From assembly GCA_943350875.1 (NCBI GenBank), contig CALRAL010000001.1, positions 165,017-229,016 of the forward strand: a stretch of DNA of 64,000 nucleotides, in the 5' to 3' direction. The position numbers were made by a program, and so were the translations under genes. The notes beneath the pieces were generated by a model. It did no database searches and had not been told where the DNA came from. It saw only the letters and a program-made list of their open reading frames with translations. Shown piece after piece: positions 30,263 to 40,156 of the stretch. Source of the stretch: Candidatus Nomurabacteria bacterium (GTDB taxonomy: Bacteria > Patescibacteriota > Minisyncoccia > Phycocordibacterales > UBA9973). Position 1 is the first letter of the stretch. The number at the start of each line of letters is the position of its first letter.

Positions 30263-31765
30263 CTATTTCAAAAAGTTAGCTTTAAACTCAATTACTGCTT
30301 TTTTGAAGGATTCTTCGCTTTTTTCGCTATACATGCCTTTTTCTTTAATTTCAGCAAAAAAGTCTTTTGCATTATTTTGAGTATATTCTATAAGGTCTGT
30401 TTCGAAGGCTTTAATCCTATCTAAGGGTATTTCATCCATCAAACCCTTGGTGAGGGCGTACAGTACGGCTACCTGATGTTCTACTATCATAGGGGCATAT
30501 TGTGGCTGTTTTAGGACTTCCACGGCTCTTTTACCCCTTTCTAGCTGTCTTTTAGTTGATTCATCAAGGTCAGAACCAAATTGCGAGAACGCTTCAAGCT
30601 CACGGAATTGAGCCAAATCAAGCTTTAAGGTGCCAGCCACCTTTTTCATCGCCTTTATCTGAGCCATTCCTCCAACCCGAGACACAGAAAGACCGATATT
30701 TACAGCAGGACGAATACCTTTATAGAACAAATCTGTCTCCAGGAAAATCTGCCCATCGGTGATAGAGATGACGTTTGTGGGAATGTATGCAGACACATCG
30801 CCAGCCTGAGTTTCAATTATTGGCAGTGCAGTGATAGATCCTCCGCCATATTGTTTATTCCTTCGGCATGCGCGTTCGAGCAAACGTGAATGCAAATAAA
30901 AAACATCTCCCGGATATGCTTCACGACCTGGTGGACGACGCAAGAGAAGTGATATTTCACGATATGCCACAGCATGTTTGGAAAGATCATCATAAATGAT
31001 GAGCACATCTTTACCTTGATCCATAAAATATTCAGCGATAGAAACTCCAGTATAAGGTGCAATATATGAAAGAGCTGCAGACTCGGAAGCAGAAGCATTT
31101 ACAATAACTGTGTATTTCATCGCGCCACCTTCTTCGAGGCGGACTTGAAGTTTGCGAAGTTTAGAATCTTTTTGGCCAATTGAAACATACACACAGATCA
31201 TGTTTTGACCTTTCTGGTTTAGAATTGTATCTATAGCGATAGCTGTCTTACCTGTCTGTCTGTCTCCAATGATGAGCTCACGCTGACCACGACCGATAGG
31301 GATAGTCGCATCGATAACCTTGATACCTGTTGATACTGGTTGGTCCACACCCTGGCGTGTTATGACTCCGGGAGCCACTTTTTCTACAGGATATGTCTTT
31401 TCAGCTTTTATCACACCTTTGCCATCAACTGGCATACCCAAAGCATTCACCACACGTCCCATAATACTGTCTGAAACAGGAACTTCGAGGATTTTCCCCG
31501 TAGCTTTTACCTCATCACCTTCTCTGATACCAGAAGTATCACCGAAAATAATCGCACCGATGGTGTCTTCTTCAAGGTTTAGCACTACGCCGACTTCACC
31601 ATTTGGAAAAGTCACCATTTCAGAAGATTTTACATCCGCCAGTCCAGAAATCTTTGCAATACCATCAAAAACTTCTATCACATGACCTATTTTTTCTGCT
31701 TTGAGGGAGCTTGAGAAGCGATCTATCTCCTTTTTTAAATTGTCTACTATGTAATTACTGTTCAT
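30263..31765 (-). CDS. atpA: ATP synthase F1 alpha subunit
   Basis: [20 protein letters not shown] and SVSRVG motifs. Confidence 0.98.
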   Translation of the reverse strand: MNSNYIVDNLKKEIDRFSSSLKAEKIGHVIEVFDGIAKISGLADVKSSEMVTFPNGEVGVVLNLEEDTIGAIIFGDTSGIREGDEVKATGKILEVPVSDSIMGRVVNALGMPVDGKGVIKAEKTYPVEKVAPGVITRQGVDQPVSTGIKVIDATIPIGRGQRELIIGDRQTGKTAIAIDTILNQKGQNMICVYVSIGQKDSKLRKLQVRLEEGGAMKYTVIVNASASESAALSYIAPYTGVSIAEYFMDQGKDVLIIYDDLSKHAVAYREISLLLRRPPGREAYPGDVFYLHSRLLERACRRNKQYGGGSITALPIIETQAGDVSAYIPTNVISITDGQIFLETDLFYKGIRPAVNIGLSVSRVGGMAQIKAMKKVAGTLKLDLAQFRELEAFSQFGSDLDESTKRQLERGKRAVEVLKQPQYAPMIVEHQVAVLYALTKGLMDEIPLDRIKAFETDLIEYTQNNAKDFFAEIKEKGMYSEKSEESFKKAVIEFKANFLK

Positions 31766-32172
31766 ATTTCTCTTGTTAAATGTTCTTGTAATTTTTTAAT
31801 TTTATAACTGACAGTATTGTCTATTTTCTCATCACCCACTTCTATTTTTACTCCGCCAAACAATTCTTTGTTCAAAACTTCTTCTAAGATTACTTCTTTT
31901 GCTTTATAATGTTCTCCTAAAATCTTTTTTAAATCTTTTTTTGCTTCTTCTTTCAAAACTCTCGAACTTGATACCTTTGCCACCACTCTACCCTCATCTT
32001 TATTCATTATTTTAGCCAAACTTTTCAATATTTCTTTTGATTTTGGAAGTAATCTTTTTCTATATAAAAACTTGGTGACATTTTTAAATAAAGAATGCAG
32101 CTCGGACTCATTCTTATCTTTAGAAAGGAAATAAATTGCGCGAGCTATGTCATTGTTTGAAACTTTGGCCAT
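31762..32172 (-). CDS. atpH: ATP synthase delta subunit (short form)
   Basis: [16 protein letters not shown] motif; position between atpF and atpA. Confidence 0.85.
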   Translation of the reverse strand: MAKVSNNDIARAIYFLSKDKNESELHSLFKNVTKFLYRKRLLPKSKEILKSLAKIMNKDEGRVVAKVSSSRVLKEEAKKDLKKILGEHYKAKEVILEEVLNKELFGGVKIEVGDEKIDNTVSYKIKKLQEHLTREI

Positions 32173-32175
32173 ATA

Positions 32176-32667
32176 TTATAAATTACTCAATTCTTTTATC
32201 GTTTTTTCATCAAAAGAAGCATCTAGCTTTTTATCTATTAATTTTTCTGTCACTTTCATCACCAATGACACTATCTCATTCTTTGCATCTGCAACCATTT
32301 TTGTCTTTTCAGCTTCAAGAGTCTTTTTACCATCACTTATCATAATGGCTACATCAGACTTTGCTTTCTCTAACATCTCATCTTTTTTTATTTCGGCTTC
32401 TTTTATAGTGTTATTAAATAATATTTGCGCTTCAGTTTTAGCTTTGACTAACACTTTCTCATACTCGATATTTGTTTTTTCTAAAATTTGAGCATTTTCT
32501 TCAGCATCATCTACCCCTTTTGCTATCTTTTCTCCACGTTCTTTCATTAACTTGCTAAGTGGCTTGAGCGCATAAATATAAAGCATGGTAAATACAATAC
32601 TAAAGTTCAAAACTTGAGCGATAATAATTTTCCAATCTATGTGAAATGTTGAAACAATTGAATCCAT
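32176..32667 (-). CDS. atpF: ATP synthase Fo b subunit
   Basis: IAQVLNF, KPL...ER motif, coiled coil. Confidence 0.92.
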   Translation of the reverse strand: MDSIVSTFHIDWKIIIAQVLNFSIVFTMLYIYALKPLSKLMKERGEKIAKGVDDAEENAQILEKTNIEYEKVLVKAKTEAQILFNNTIKEAEIKKDEMLEKAKSDVAIMISDGKKTLEAEKTKMVADAKNEIVSLVMKVTEKLIDKKLDASFDEKTIKELSNL

Positions 32668-32763
32668 AATTTAAATAAAAAAATAATTTTAAAACCACGC
32701 ATAGCGCGCAGTATTGAAAATTAAAAATCTAATAAATTAGACCTTTAATTTTCGAACTGCAAA

Positions 32764-32979
<216 letters not shown>

Positions 32980-33043
32980 TTATTTTAATTTTTTAATAAT
33001 AAACAACTGCCAGAACGACTAATCGGGCAATTTGATAATAAAT

Positions 33044-33931
33044 TTATACCACTCCCTGTGTTAATTTTTGGTGTTCGTGACTCTCCCCGCCTGCATCGTT
33101 ATGCGAAGCATTGCGGGCAGGCTCGTGATCGTGATCACTTGATGAAATCGTAAAGTAAACCACGAGCAGCATAGAGAATATCAAAGCTTGAATAAATCCA
33201 ACCAATATCTCAAGAAACAAGAACGGGATAGGCACAACATAAGCCACAAGCGCTGATATTGAGACCAAAAGCACTTCCCCAGCAAAAATGTTTCCAAAAA
33301 GACGGAAAGAAAGCGATGCTATTTTTGCCACTTCTCCAGCTATTTCTATCAAACCAACAAAGAACGTAATAGGAGCTACGATTATAACTGTTGGCTCCTT
33401 TTTTATCTTGGTAAAGATACTACCAAGCACACTCAGATTAACATATTTATTAAAAGTTTTCCATATACCTACGGATACTACACCAAACAAATTCGCACCG
33501 ATAACAGCTGACACTGCCAGAGCTAAAGTCGTGTTCACATCTGCCGTCCCTCCACGCAAAAACGGGATGAAGGATTTTATTCCTTCGTGGTTTTCAATGA
33601 GTCCAAAGCCTCCAAGTGGTATAAGTCCAAGCCAATTATTTACTAAAATAAAAAAGAAAACAGAGATAGCCATGGGGAAAATCCTGATAGAAAGAGCTCT
33701 ATCATTCGTTACTTGATCACACATAGATAAAGCTCCTTCTGCAAAAACCTCAAAAACGTTCTGAATTCCCTTTGGAATTTCTTTTAATTTACGACGGAGA
33801 AAAATTGAAATGATAACGATAACTGCCACAGCTACCCAGCTTGTTATAAGAGCATTGGTGATATGAAAACTACCAAAATCAGTTATTTTTTCTGCGAATA
33901 TTGTTGTTTCGTGTAATATTTTTTCTTTCAT
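33044..33931 (-). CDS. atpB: ATP synthase Fo a subunit
   Basis: SLSFRLFGNIFAGE and IQALIF motifs; family A insert in the C-terminal tail. Confidence 0.95.
   Translation of the reverse strand: MKEKILHETTIFAEKITDFGSFHITNALITSWVAVAVIVIISIFLRRKLKEIPKGIQNVFEVFAEGALSMCDQVTNDRALSIRIFPMAISVFFFILVNNWLGLIPLGGFGLIENHEGIKSFIPFLRGGTADVNTTLALAVSAVIGANLFGVVSVGIWKTFNKYVNLSVLGSIFTKIKKEPTVIIVAPITFFVGLIEIAGEVAKIASLSFRLFGNIFAGEVLLVSISALVAYVVPIPFLFLEILVGFIQALIFSMLLVVYFTISSSDHDHEPARNASHNDAGGESHEHQKLTQGVV
33086..33121. repeat. 36-bp family A element in frame in atpB (PARNASHNDAGG)
   Basis: CCCGCCTGCATCGTTATGCGAAGCATTGCGGGCAGG. Confidence 0.95.
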
Positions 33932-34221
33932 AAATTCTTATTTTTTTCCCCGCCTGCATCGCTATGCGAAGCATTGCGGGCAGGTATCGAATCTTGTCTC
34001 TCTAATTTTATTTTATATTTTTTTACAGTTTTGACAATACCATAAGCTGAAAGTAAAAAAGATAAAATTATTAGTATAAAAAATATCCAAGGCTTGGTAT
34101 TGTATTTATTATCTAAATATTTTCCAATAATCAAAGCCAAAATTACGGGCACAATAATCCATGTGGATATGTCGCTAAATATTTGAACTCCTGTTTTCCA
34201 CCATATATCATTTTTACCCAT
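33928..34221 (-). CDS. AtpZ/AtpI-family ATP synthase accessory membrane protein
   Basis: IGKYLDNKYNTKPW motif; first gene of the atp operon; true start is 34221 because the longer ORF overlaps a tRNA. Confidence 0.8.
   Translation of the reverse strand: MGKNDIWWKTGVQIFSDISTWIIVPVILALIIGKYLDNKYNTKPWIFFILIILSFLLSAYGIVKTVKKYKIKLERQDSIPARNASHSDAGGEKNKNL
33949..33984. repeat. 36-bp family A element in frame (PARNASHSDAGG)
   Basis: CCCGCCTGCATCGCTATGCGAAGCATTGCGGGCAGG. Confidence 0.95.
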
Positions 34222-34223
34222 AG

Positions 34224-34295
34224 TGAGTGTGGATGGAATCGGACCATCGACCTCTGTCTTATCAGGACAGCGTTCTACCACTGAACTACACACTC
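34224..34295 (-). tRNA. tRNA-Ile(GAT)
   Basis: GAGTGTG...CACACTCA; anticodon arm CTGTC-CTGATAA-GACAG. Confidence 0.92.
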
Positions 34296-34380
34296 ATATC
34301 TAAAAAATATAACAAAAATAAGGAGTTTAGGCAAATTTTAAGTAAAAAAATATAAAAAGAAAGTTTGCTGTTTTATAAAC

Positions 34381-34415
34381 AAACAAAAAGCGCCCTTTTG
34401 AGCGCTTTTTGTTTT
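34381..34415 (-). terminator. Intrinsic terminator after the RRM gene
   Basis: AAACAAAAAGCGC...GCGCTTTTTGTTT hairpin with A/T tails. Confidence 0.75.
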
Positions 34416-34430
34416 AAGAAATTACTAGAG

Positions 34431-34772
34431 TTAGTATTCTCGGCGACCACCACGAGAGCCACCGCCGTAACCACCATTCCCTCCACCGTATCCGCCAGAG
34501 CCACCAGTTCTTGGTGGACGAGCTTCCATAGGACGAGCTTCATTCACTGTGAGTTTTCGTCCTTCGAATTCTTGTTCATTGAACATTGAGATAGCAGCTT
34601 GTGCTTCCTCGTTGGTTGACATTTCAACGAAACCGAAACCCTTTGAACGACCGGACATTTTGTCCATAATAATCACAGCTGATGTAACATTTCCAGCTTG
34701 TGCGAAAAGCTCTTTAAGAGCATCTTCTTGAACACTGTAAGGGAGTCCCCCTACATATAGCTTTGTAGCCAT
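34431..34772 (-). CDS. RRM-domain RNA-binding protein with Gly-rich tail
   Basis: KLYVGGL (RNP2) and KGFGFVEM (RNP1). Confidence 0.95.
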   Translation of the reverse strand: MATKLYVGGLPYSVQEDALKELFAQAGNVTSAVIIMDKMSGRSKGFGFVEMSTNEEAQAAISMFNEQEFEGRKLTVNEARPMEARPPRTGGSGGYGGGNGGYGGGSRGGRREY

Positions 34773-34939
34773 ATTATATACTTCTCCTATTTTTTAAAAA
34801 AATTAGGCAAAAACTATTTTATAATGCCTAATCTATCGATAGATCAAGCGTAGATACTCTTAACGCCCGCTTCACAAGGAAACACAAAAGCTATACGAGA
34901 AACTACTGTATATAGTATAACACATCCTAAATAAAAAGG

Positions 34940-36694
34940 CTATTCCAAGAATCCGCCAGTTTGATGATTCCAGAGGTCTGCATAGAAACCGCCTTTTTCG
35001 AGCAATGTTTTATGATTCCCTTCTTCCACAATTTTGCCATTATCAAGCACTATGATCCTATCCATCTTTTGGATTGTAGAGAGTCTATGCGCAATGACTA
35101 TTGTAGTCTTACCTTTCATAAGTTCATTGAACGCTTCTTGAATATATGATTCACTTATACTATCGAGCGAACTTGTCGCCTCATCTAGAAGTAATATCGG
35201 TGCAGATTTAAGCATTGCGCGAGCTATAGCTACACGTTGGCGTTCTCCACCGGAGAGTTTGATTCCCCTTTCCCCAACCAGAGTTTCGTAACCTTTTTCA
35301 AATTTTGAGATAAATTCATGAGCATGAGCTTTTTTAGACGCATCAATTATTTCTTCATCTCTCGCATCTGACTTGGAATAGCCGATATTTTCAGAAAGAC
35401 TTCTATGGAATAATATCGAGTCTTGTGGCACATAAGATATCTTTGACCTTAGATCATCTTGAGTTATTTTAGAAATATCCTGCCCATCGATAGTGATGAC
35501 TCCCGCTTTCAAGTCTGCAAAACGAAGCAATATCTTTGTGATAGTCGATTTACCAGAGCCAGAATGCCCCACCAAACCTATTTTTTCTCCTGCTTTTATT
35601 TTCAAATTAAAATCGTCAAATACATGTGCCCCACCAATATATGTAAAAGAAACATTTTCAAAACTTATTTCTCCATTTTTAATTCTCAAAGCTTCCGGAT
35701 TCACCGGATCCAAAATATCCGGCACTTGGTCAAAGATGTCAGTCATTTCTTTCGAATTTGATATTTCTTTCATAAGTCTTGCTATAGCTTTACCTAAATC
35801 CCAAATACGACTGAAAATACTAAGCATATATGCTTGAACAAGAACCAAGGTACCAGTAGAAACTTCATCTTTTAGCCAAAGATAAATCATTGTATATAAA
35901 ACAATTATCTGAAGAGTAGCCATTAAATAACCCTGGATTACTTGTCTTTTATTATTAAAAAACCAAGCTTGAGTTCTTTTCTCGTATTCATTTTGAGTTA
36001 CTTTTTTAAATAAATTGAATTCAGAAAATGATGCAGAAAATATTTTTAAATTCAAAACATTAGTGATAGTATCTGCAAAAGCACCTGTAGTCTTTGAATC
36101 GGCTTCTGCTTCTTCTAAATCATATCTAATTTTAGTTTTTATAGAAAAAGTAGTAAAAGTAATATATAAAATAACCCAAATTAAAAATATAAAACCAATT
36201 AAAGGAATTGTGTAAAACAAAACAAAAAACACTCCTGAAAGTTCAATGAAAATAAACCAGAAATTAAATGCCAAAACATCAACAATCCTTTCGAAAGAAG
36301 CTGAAAATCTTTTTGCTTTTGCTACTAAACTGCCAGAAAAGTTATTGGAGAAAAAAGTATAAGAATGTTTTAATAAAAAACTAAAAGTATTATTATGAAT
36401 TTCTCTCATGGAATTTGATTCAAAATTCATTAAAGCTTTATCTGCAATTCTAAAAAATGTCTGATAAGCAAAAATAATTATTCCAGCTTTCAAGACAAGA
36501 TTTACTAAAGCTTTAGCTACAGTTGATTTTTCTGGCGAATTAGAAATTAAATCTACAATTTTTTTTAAAATAATTGGATTTATTACAGACGCTAAAATAA
36601 TAGCTCCTGCATAAAAAATAAGACATAAATAAAAAGCTAATTTATATTTTTTAGCTGATAACCAATAATATTTAAAAACAGTTTTGAATTTCAT
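34940..36694 (-). CDS. ABC exporter, fused permease and ATPase (MsbA/MdlB-like)
   Basis: TM domain plus GHSGSGKST, LSGGERQR, LLLDEATS and IAHRLST. Confidence 0.92.
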   Translation of the reverse strand: MKFKTVFKYYWLSAKKYKLAFYLCLIFYAGAIILASVINPIILKKIVDLISNSPEKSTVAKALVNLVLKAGIIIFAYQTFFRIADKALMNFESNSMREIHNNTFSFLLKHSYTFFSNNFSGSLVAKAKRFSASFERIVDVLAFNFWFIFIELSGVFFVLFYTIPLIGFIFLIWVILYITFTTFSIKTKIRYDLEEAEADSKTTGAFADTITNVLNLKIFSASFSEFNLFKKVTQNEYEKRTQAWFFNNKRQVIQGYLMATLQIIVLYTMIYLWLKDEVSTGTLVLVQAYMLSIFSRIWDLGKAIARLMKEISNSKEMTDIFDQVPDILDPVNPEALRIKNGEISFENVSFTYIGGAHVFDDFNLKIKAGEKIGLVGHSGSGKSTITKILLRFADLKAGVITIDGQDISKITQDDLRSKISYVPQDSILFHRSLSENIGYSKSDARDEEIIDASKKAHAHEFISKFEKGYETLVGERGIKLSGGERQRVAIARAMLKSAPILLLDEATSSLDSISESYIQEAFNELMKGKTTIVIAHRLSTIQKMDRIIVLDNGKIVEEGNHKTLLEKGGFYADLWNHQTGGFLE

Positions 36695-36710
36695 AGAATT
36701 TTATTCTTGA

Positions 36711-36733
36711 ATATCAAGGACTACCCTCCATAT
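36711..36733. repeat. 23-bp REP-like element, intergenic copy
   Basis: Exact inverted match to 23668-23690. Confidence 0.9.
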
Positions 36734-36734
36734 T

Positions 36735-37706
36735 TTACTCTTCGTCTTCACTACCTGTCTCGCCAGACTCAAGTGAAGATATTATTTCACTCATATCGCC
36801 TTCCATTATCTTTGGCAGATTATGCCAAGATTTCTTTATACGGTGATCAGTGATACGATCTTGCGGAAAATTATAAGTACGAATTTTCTCTGACCTATCA
36901 CCTGAACCTATCTGGTCTTTGCGGGTACCTGCATATTTCTTTGCTTCTTCCTCTTCTTTTAACGCTTGGATTTTAGCGGTCAAAATAGTCATCGCTTTTT
37001 CACGGTTTGCGAGCTGACTGCGTTCGTTTGTAGACCTCACATCGAGCCCTGTCGGCTTGTGGATAAGGCGTACAGCAGTTTCCACTTTGTTCACATTTTG
37101 CCCGCCTTTACCACCGGAGCGTGAATATTCCATTTCCAAATCTGCAGGATTTATCACAAAGGAAACTTTCTTCTTAATTGGAAGCACTGCCACAGATGCA
37201 GTAGAAGTATGCACCCTGCCATTCTTTTCAGTTGCAGGAATTCTCTGTACTCGATGAACCCCAGTCTCATAACGCATTTTCTTGTACACATCTTTACCTT
37301 TTATTTCAAAACTCGCTTCTTTAAAACCGTTCAGGTCACTTTTTGATTCATAATTTACTTTCCAGTCCCATCGCTGCGTTTCAGCAAATTTCTCATACAT
37401 ATGTGCAAGTTCCCAGGCAAAAAGTGAAGCCTCGTCACCTCCAGCTCCAGCTCGCACTTCAAGCACTATTTCATTTGGAAATTCCTCCTCTTCTTTATCC
37501 TTGTCTAAAATCTCTTGAATATTCTTTTCTGTATTCTCCCTCTGTTCTTCTATATTCTTTAATTCACCCTCAACCATTTCATGTAAAGTTCCATCATTTT
37601 TTAGTATTTCACACACTTCTTTTTCCTCACGATCTAATCGCTCTAAAATATCTGCTAGATAACTAGTCTTGTGATTCTTCTTAAGTTCTTCTAAATCAAA
37701 TGACAT
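36735..37706 (-). CDS. prfA: Peptide chain release factor 1
   Basis: PAT (PxT) recognition motif, GGQ and RTYNFPQ. Confidence 0.95.
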   Translation of the reverse strand: MSFDLEELKKNHKTSYLADILERLDREEKEVCEILKNDGTLHEMVEGELKNIEEQRENTEKNIQEILDKDKEEEEFPNEIVLEVRAGAGGDEASLFAWELAHMYEKFAETQRWDWKVNYESKSDLNGFKEASFEIKGKDVYKKMRYETGVHRVQRIPATEKNGRVHTSTASVAVLPIKKKVSFVINPADLEMEYSRSGGKGGQNVNKVETAVRLIHKPTGLDVRSTNERSQLANREKAMTILTAKIQALKEEEEAKKYAGTRKDQIGSGDRSEKIRTYNFPQDRITDHRIKKSWHNLPKIMEGDMSEIISSLESGETGSEDEE

Positions 37707-37725
37707 AAAATTATCAAAAAAATAA

Positions 37726-37810
37726 AAAGCCTCCTAAAATTTTTCGCTCCTGAAGGGTCCCAACCAGTACTCTGGGAAGGGCGTAGGGACGGAAAATTTC
37801 AGGAGGCTTT
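37726..37810. repeat. Family D element, intergenic, downstream of rpmE
   Basis: AAAGCCTCCT...AGGAGGCTTT arms around GGGTCCCAACCAGTACTCTGGGAAGGGCGTAGGGAC. Confidence 0.85.
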
Positions 37811-37815
37811 GTTTT

Positions 37816-38034
37816 TTACTTCTTAACTTTTGCAGAGGCAGCTCGGCGCTTATTGAAACGATCAACACGTCCAGCTGTATCCATTATCTTTTCATTGCCA
37901 GTATAAAAAGGATGACATTGACTACAGATTTCTATTTTAACTTCAGGCATAGTAGAACCCACTTCAAAAGTAGCTCCACAAGCACAGGTAGCCTTTGTTT
38001 TTAAATCATATTTTGGATGGATATCTTTTTTCAT
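37816..38034 (-). CDS. rpmE: 50S ribosomal protein L31
   Basis: [23 protein letters not shown] and GRVDRF motifs. Confidence 0.97.
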   Translation of the reverse strand: MKKDIHPKYDLKTKATCACGATFEVGSTMPEVKIEICSQCHPFYTGNEKIMDTAGRVDRFNKRRAASAKVKK

Positions 38035-38057
38035 ATTTTTTATATGTTATCACAATT

Positions 38058-39401
38058 TTAACTCGAAAGCAAATCTATATTATCCTGTATGCTTTTTGCT
38101 TTTTTCATTACATTATCACCATAGAAAGCATTAGCTTTCTTTTTCCAATTAGCACCAGCATAATATTTAAGGGCAGCCGTTCGTTCAGCCGTATAACCCC
38201 CATTATTAGCGCCTAATTCTTCTAGGTATATAGAAGTAGCAAAAAATGCATCCCTCGGCTCCCAAGGGTTCGGCATCCCACCGATAACCAAAGCACTGGC
38301 TATTTTATCCGCATAAAGTTCCCAAGTTGAAGGAATAAATTGCGAAGGACCCATCGCTCCACCCCAGCCCCCATGCCAAGGACAAGAAAGTGGTACAGAA
38401 TACGGATTAAGCCCTAAGGCCGAAGTTATTCGTTGAAACGGCGCTATATCCCTATCTGGTTTCATTATATATTTCCAACTTTTCTCTGTTCCATCACCCA
38501 AGCGATTACAGGTCCCAACATTTTCTCCTAAATTTGTCTCTTGAGTTAGAATTGCAAGCACAAATGCTGAACGGACACCTGTTTTAGCTTCTGCTTCTTT
38601 AGCATATTGGAGAGCAGTACCGAAAGGAATAGCTTTTGTATCTCGAAGGGCAAATAGCGCAGCGCGTATTTTATCTGCTCTGGCTTTTTTCTCAGCCACC
38701 AGTTTTTGATAAGAATCTTCTTTTTGTTTACTGACAGCGAGTAAAAGTTTCTTTTCAGCTTCAGTTTGAGCAACTTTTTTCTGAGTATTTTCTAATTCTA
38801 CTTTTGCATCCGTCTCAGCATTTTGTTTTATTTCTAAATCTTTTTTCTCCGCTTCTGTTTGAGTTTTTATTCCCATTATTCTATCTACGGATATCTTCAC
38901 TGCTTGTTTTATGGAAGCATATGATTCTAAATCACTATAAAAAGCTTGCAAGCTATCATCAGAAAAAATAAAGTAAACAAAATCTTTATTATCAAAATCA
39001 TTTGTATTGCGAAGGAGTTGAGCGATAGATTCATATTGTTTATCTATCCTATCTGACAGAGTATCTATCTTCAAAACTTTTTCTTTAATAGAAAGTTTTA
39101 ACTGAGCAATAACTAAAGTGCGGGCCTTTACTTTAGCTTTAAGGGCATTAATCTGGCTAGTCAAATAATTCACATCGCCTTTTAATGTTCCAGTTTGTTT
39201 ATTTTGTTCTTTTAGTTGAGCTTCTAGATTCGCTTGTTCTTGCAAAAGCTGATTTAGTTCATTCTGGCAATAATCTTTATCTGATTGTGGAGAAGCAATA
39301 TTAAGATTTAAACAATCAAATACCGCATGTGCATTTTGCGTTTTTGTAAGAAAAAATAATAAAAATACAACAAAAAAAGTAATGGCATTCTTTTTTACCA
39401 T
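38058..39401 (-). CDS. Secreted coiled-coil protein with C-terminal lytic-transglycosylase-like domain
   Basis: Signal peptide, long coiled coil, AILTQET and GAMGPSQFIPSTW motifs. Confidence 0.8.
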   Translation of the reverse strand: MVKKNAITFFVVFLLFFLTKTQNAHAVFDCLNLNIASPQSDKDYCQNELNQLLQEQANLEAQLKEQNKQTGTLKGDVNYLTSQINALKAKVKARTLVIAQLKLSIKEKVLKIDTLSDRIDKQYESIAQLLRNTNDFDNKDFVYFIFSDDSLQAFYSDLESYASIKQAVKISVDRIMGIKTQTEAEKKDLEIKQNAETDAKVELENTQKKVAQTEAEKKLLLAVSKQKEDSYQKLVAEKKARADKIRAALFALRDTKAIPFGTALQYAKEAEAKTGVRSAFVLAILTQETNLGENVGTCNRLGDGTEKSWKYIMKPDRDIAPFQRITSALGLNPYSVPLSCPWHGGWGGAMGPSQFIPSTWELYADKIASALVIGGMPNPWEPRDAFFATSIYLEELGANNGGYTAERTAALKYYAGANWKKKANAFYGDNVMKKAKSIQDNIDLLSS

Positions 39402-39434
39402 AATTTTATTATAACATATTTGAGGTTTAAAAAA

Positions 39435-40121
39435 TTAATTTTCTTTTTTATTTTCAATTATAGATGTAGACACTGATCCTTCTTCTCCTGCTTCGCCGGC
39501 AGGCAGGTCTTTCTTGCCTTTCTTCTCTACTTCAATAGCAGATAGATCAACAGGAGCTACTACTTCTTCTTTTTCTTCAACTTGTTCAGCAATAGAAGCT
39601 ACAACATCGTTGGCATGAGTAATAACTGTAACTCCAGTAGGGATTCTAATATCTGAAACCAATATTTGACTTTGCAATGTTTCAAGAGTGGAGATATCAG
39701 CAACCAAATTCTGCGGCAAATCTTTAGGCAAAGCTTCAATTTCAACTTCATACATAACTTTAACTAATGTACCCAAACCACTCTTTACCGCACCTGAAAT
39801 ACCAGTGAATTCTAGAGGGACTTTAACCTTCAATTTTTTATTCATATCAATAGCAAGGAAATCCACATGTATTGGTTCACTCGTCACTGGATCAGTCTGA
39901 ACTTCATGAATAATAGCATCTATAATACCATCTAGAGTGGTGATTTTAAGAGCAGAAGACTCTCCAGCTTTGTGCCAAACTTTCTTGAATTCAACATTAG
40001 ATACAGAAATAGGAGTGTTTTTCTGACCTGCTCCGTAAAAAACAGCAGGTATTTCGCCTGTTTTTCTTAATGTATCCAATTTTATTTTAGGATCTCGATT
40101 TTTCGCCTTAATTCCAAACAT
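39435..40121 (-). CDS. rplY: 50S ribosomal protein L25 (Ctc type)
   Basis: IPAVFYG, HVDF and ALPKDLP motifs. Confidence 0.93.
   Translation of the reverse strand: MFGIKAKNRDPKIKLDTLRKTGEIPAVFYGAGQKNTPISVSNVEFKKVWHKAGESSALKITTLDGIIDAIIHEVQTDPVTSEPIHVDFLAIDMNKKLKVKVPLEFTGISGAVKSGLGTLVKVMYEVEIEALPKDLPQNLVADISTLETLQSQILVSDIRIPTGVTVITHANDVVASIAEQVEEKEEVVAPVDLSAIEVEKKGKKDLPAGEAGEEGSVSTSIIENKKEN
39487..39507. repeat. 21-bp CCTG-hairpin element in frame in rplY
   Basis: CCTGCCTGCCGGCGAAGCAGG on the minus strand; removal restores KKGKKEEEG. Confidence 0.85.
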
Positions 40122-40156
40122 AAAAATATTATATAGGAAAATTAAAAAAATGCAAA

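Noticed and set aside
33928-34293. 121-aa ORF starting at 34293
   Set aside because: The first 24 codons overlap tRNA-Ile; the plausible start is the ATG at 34221.
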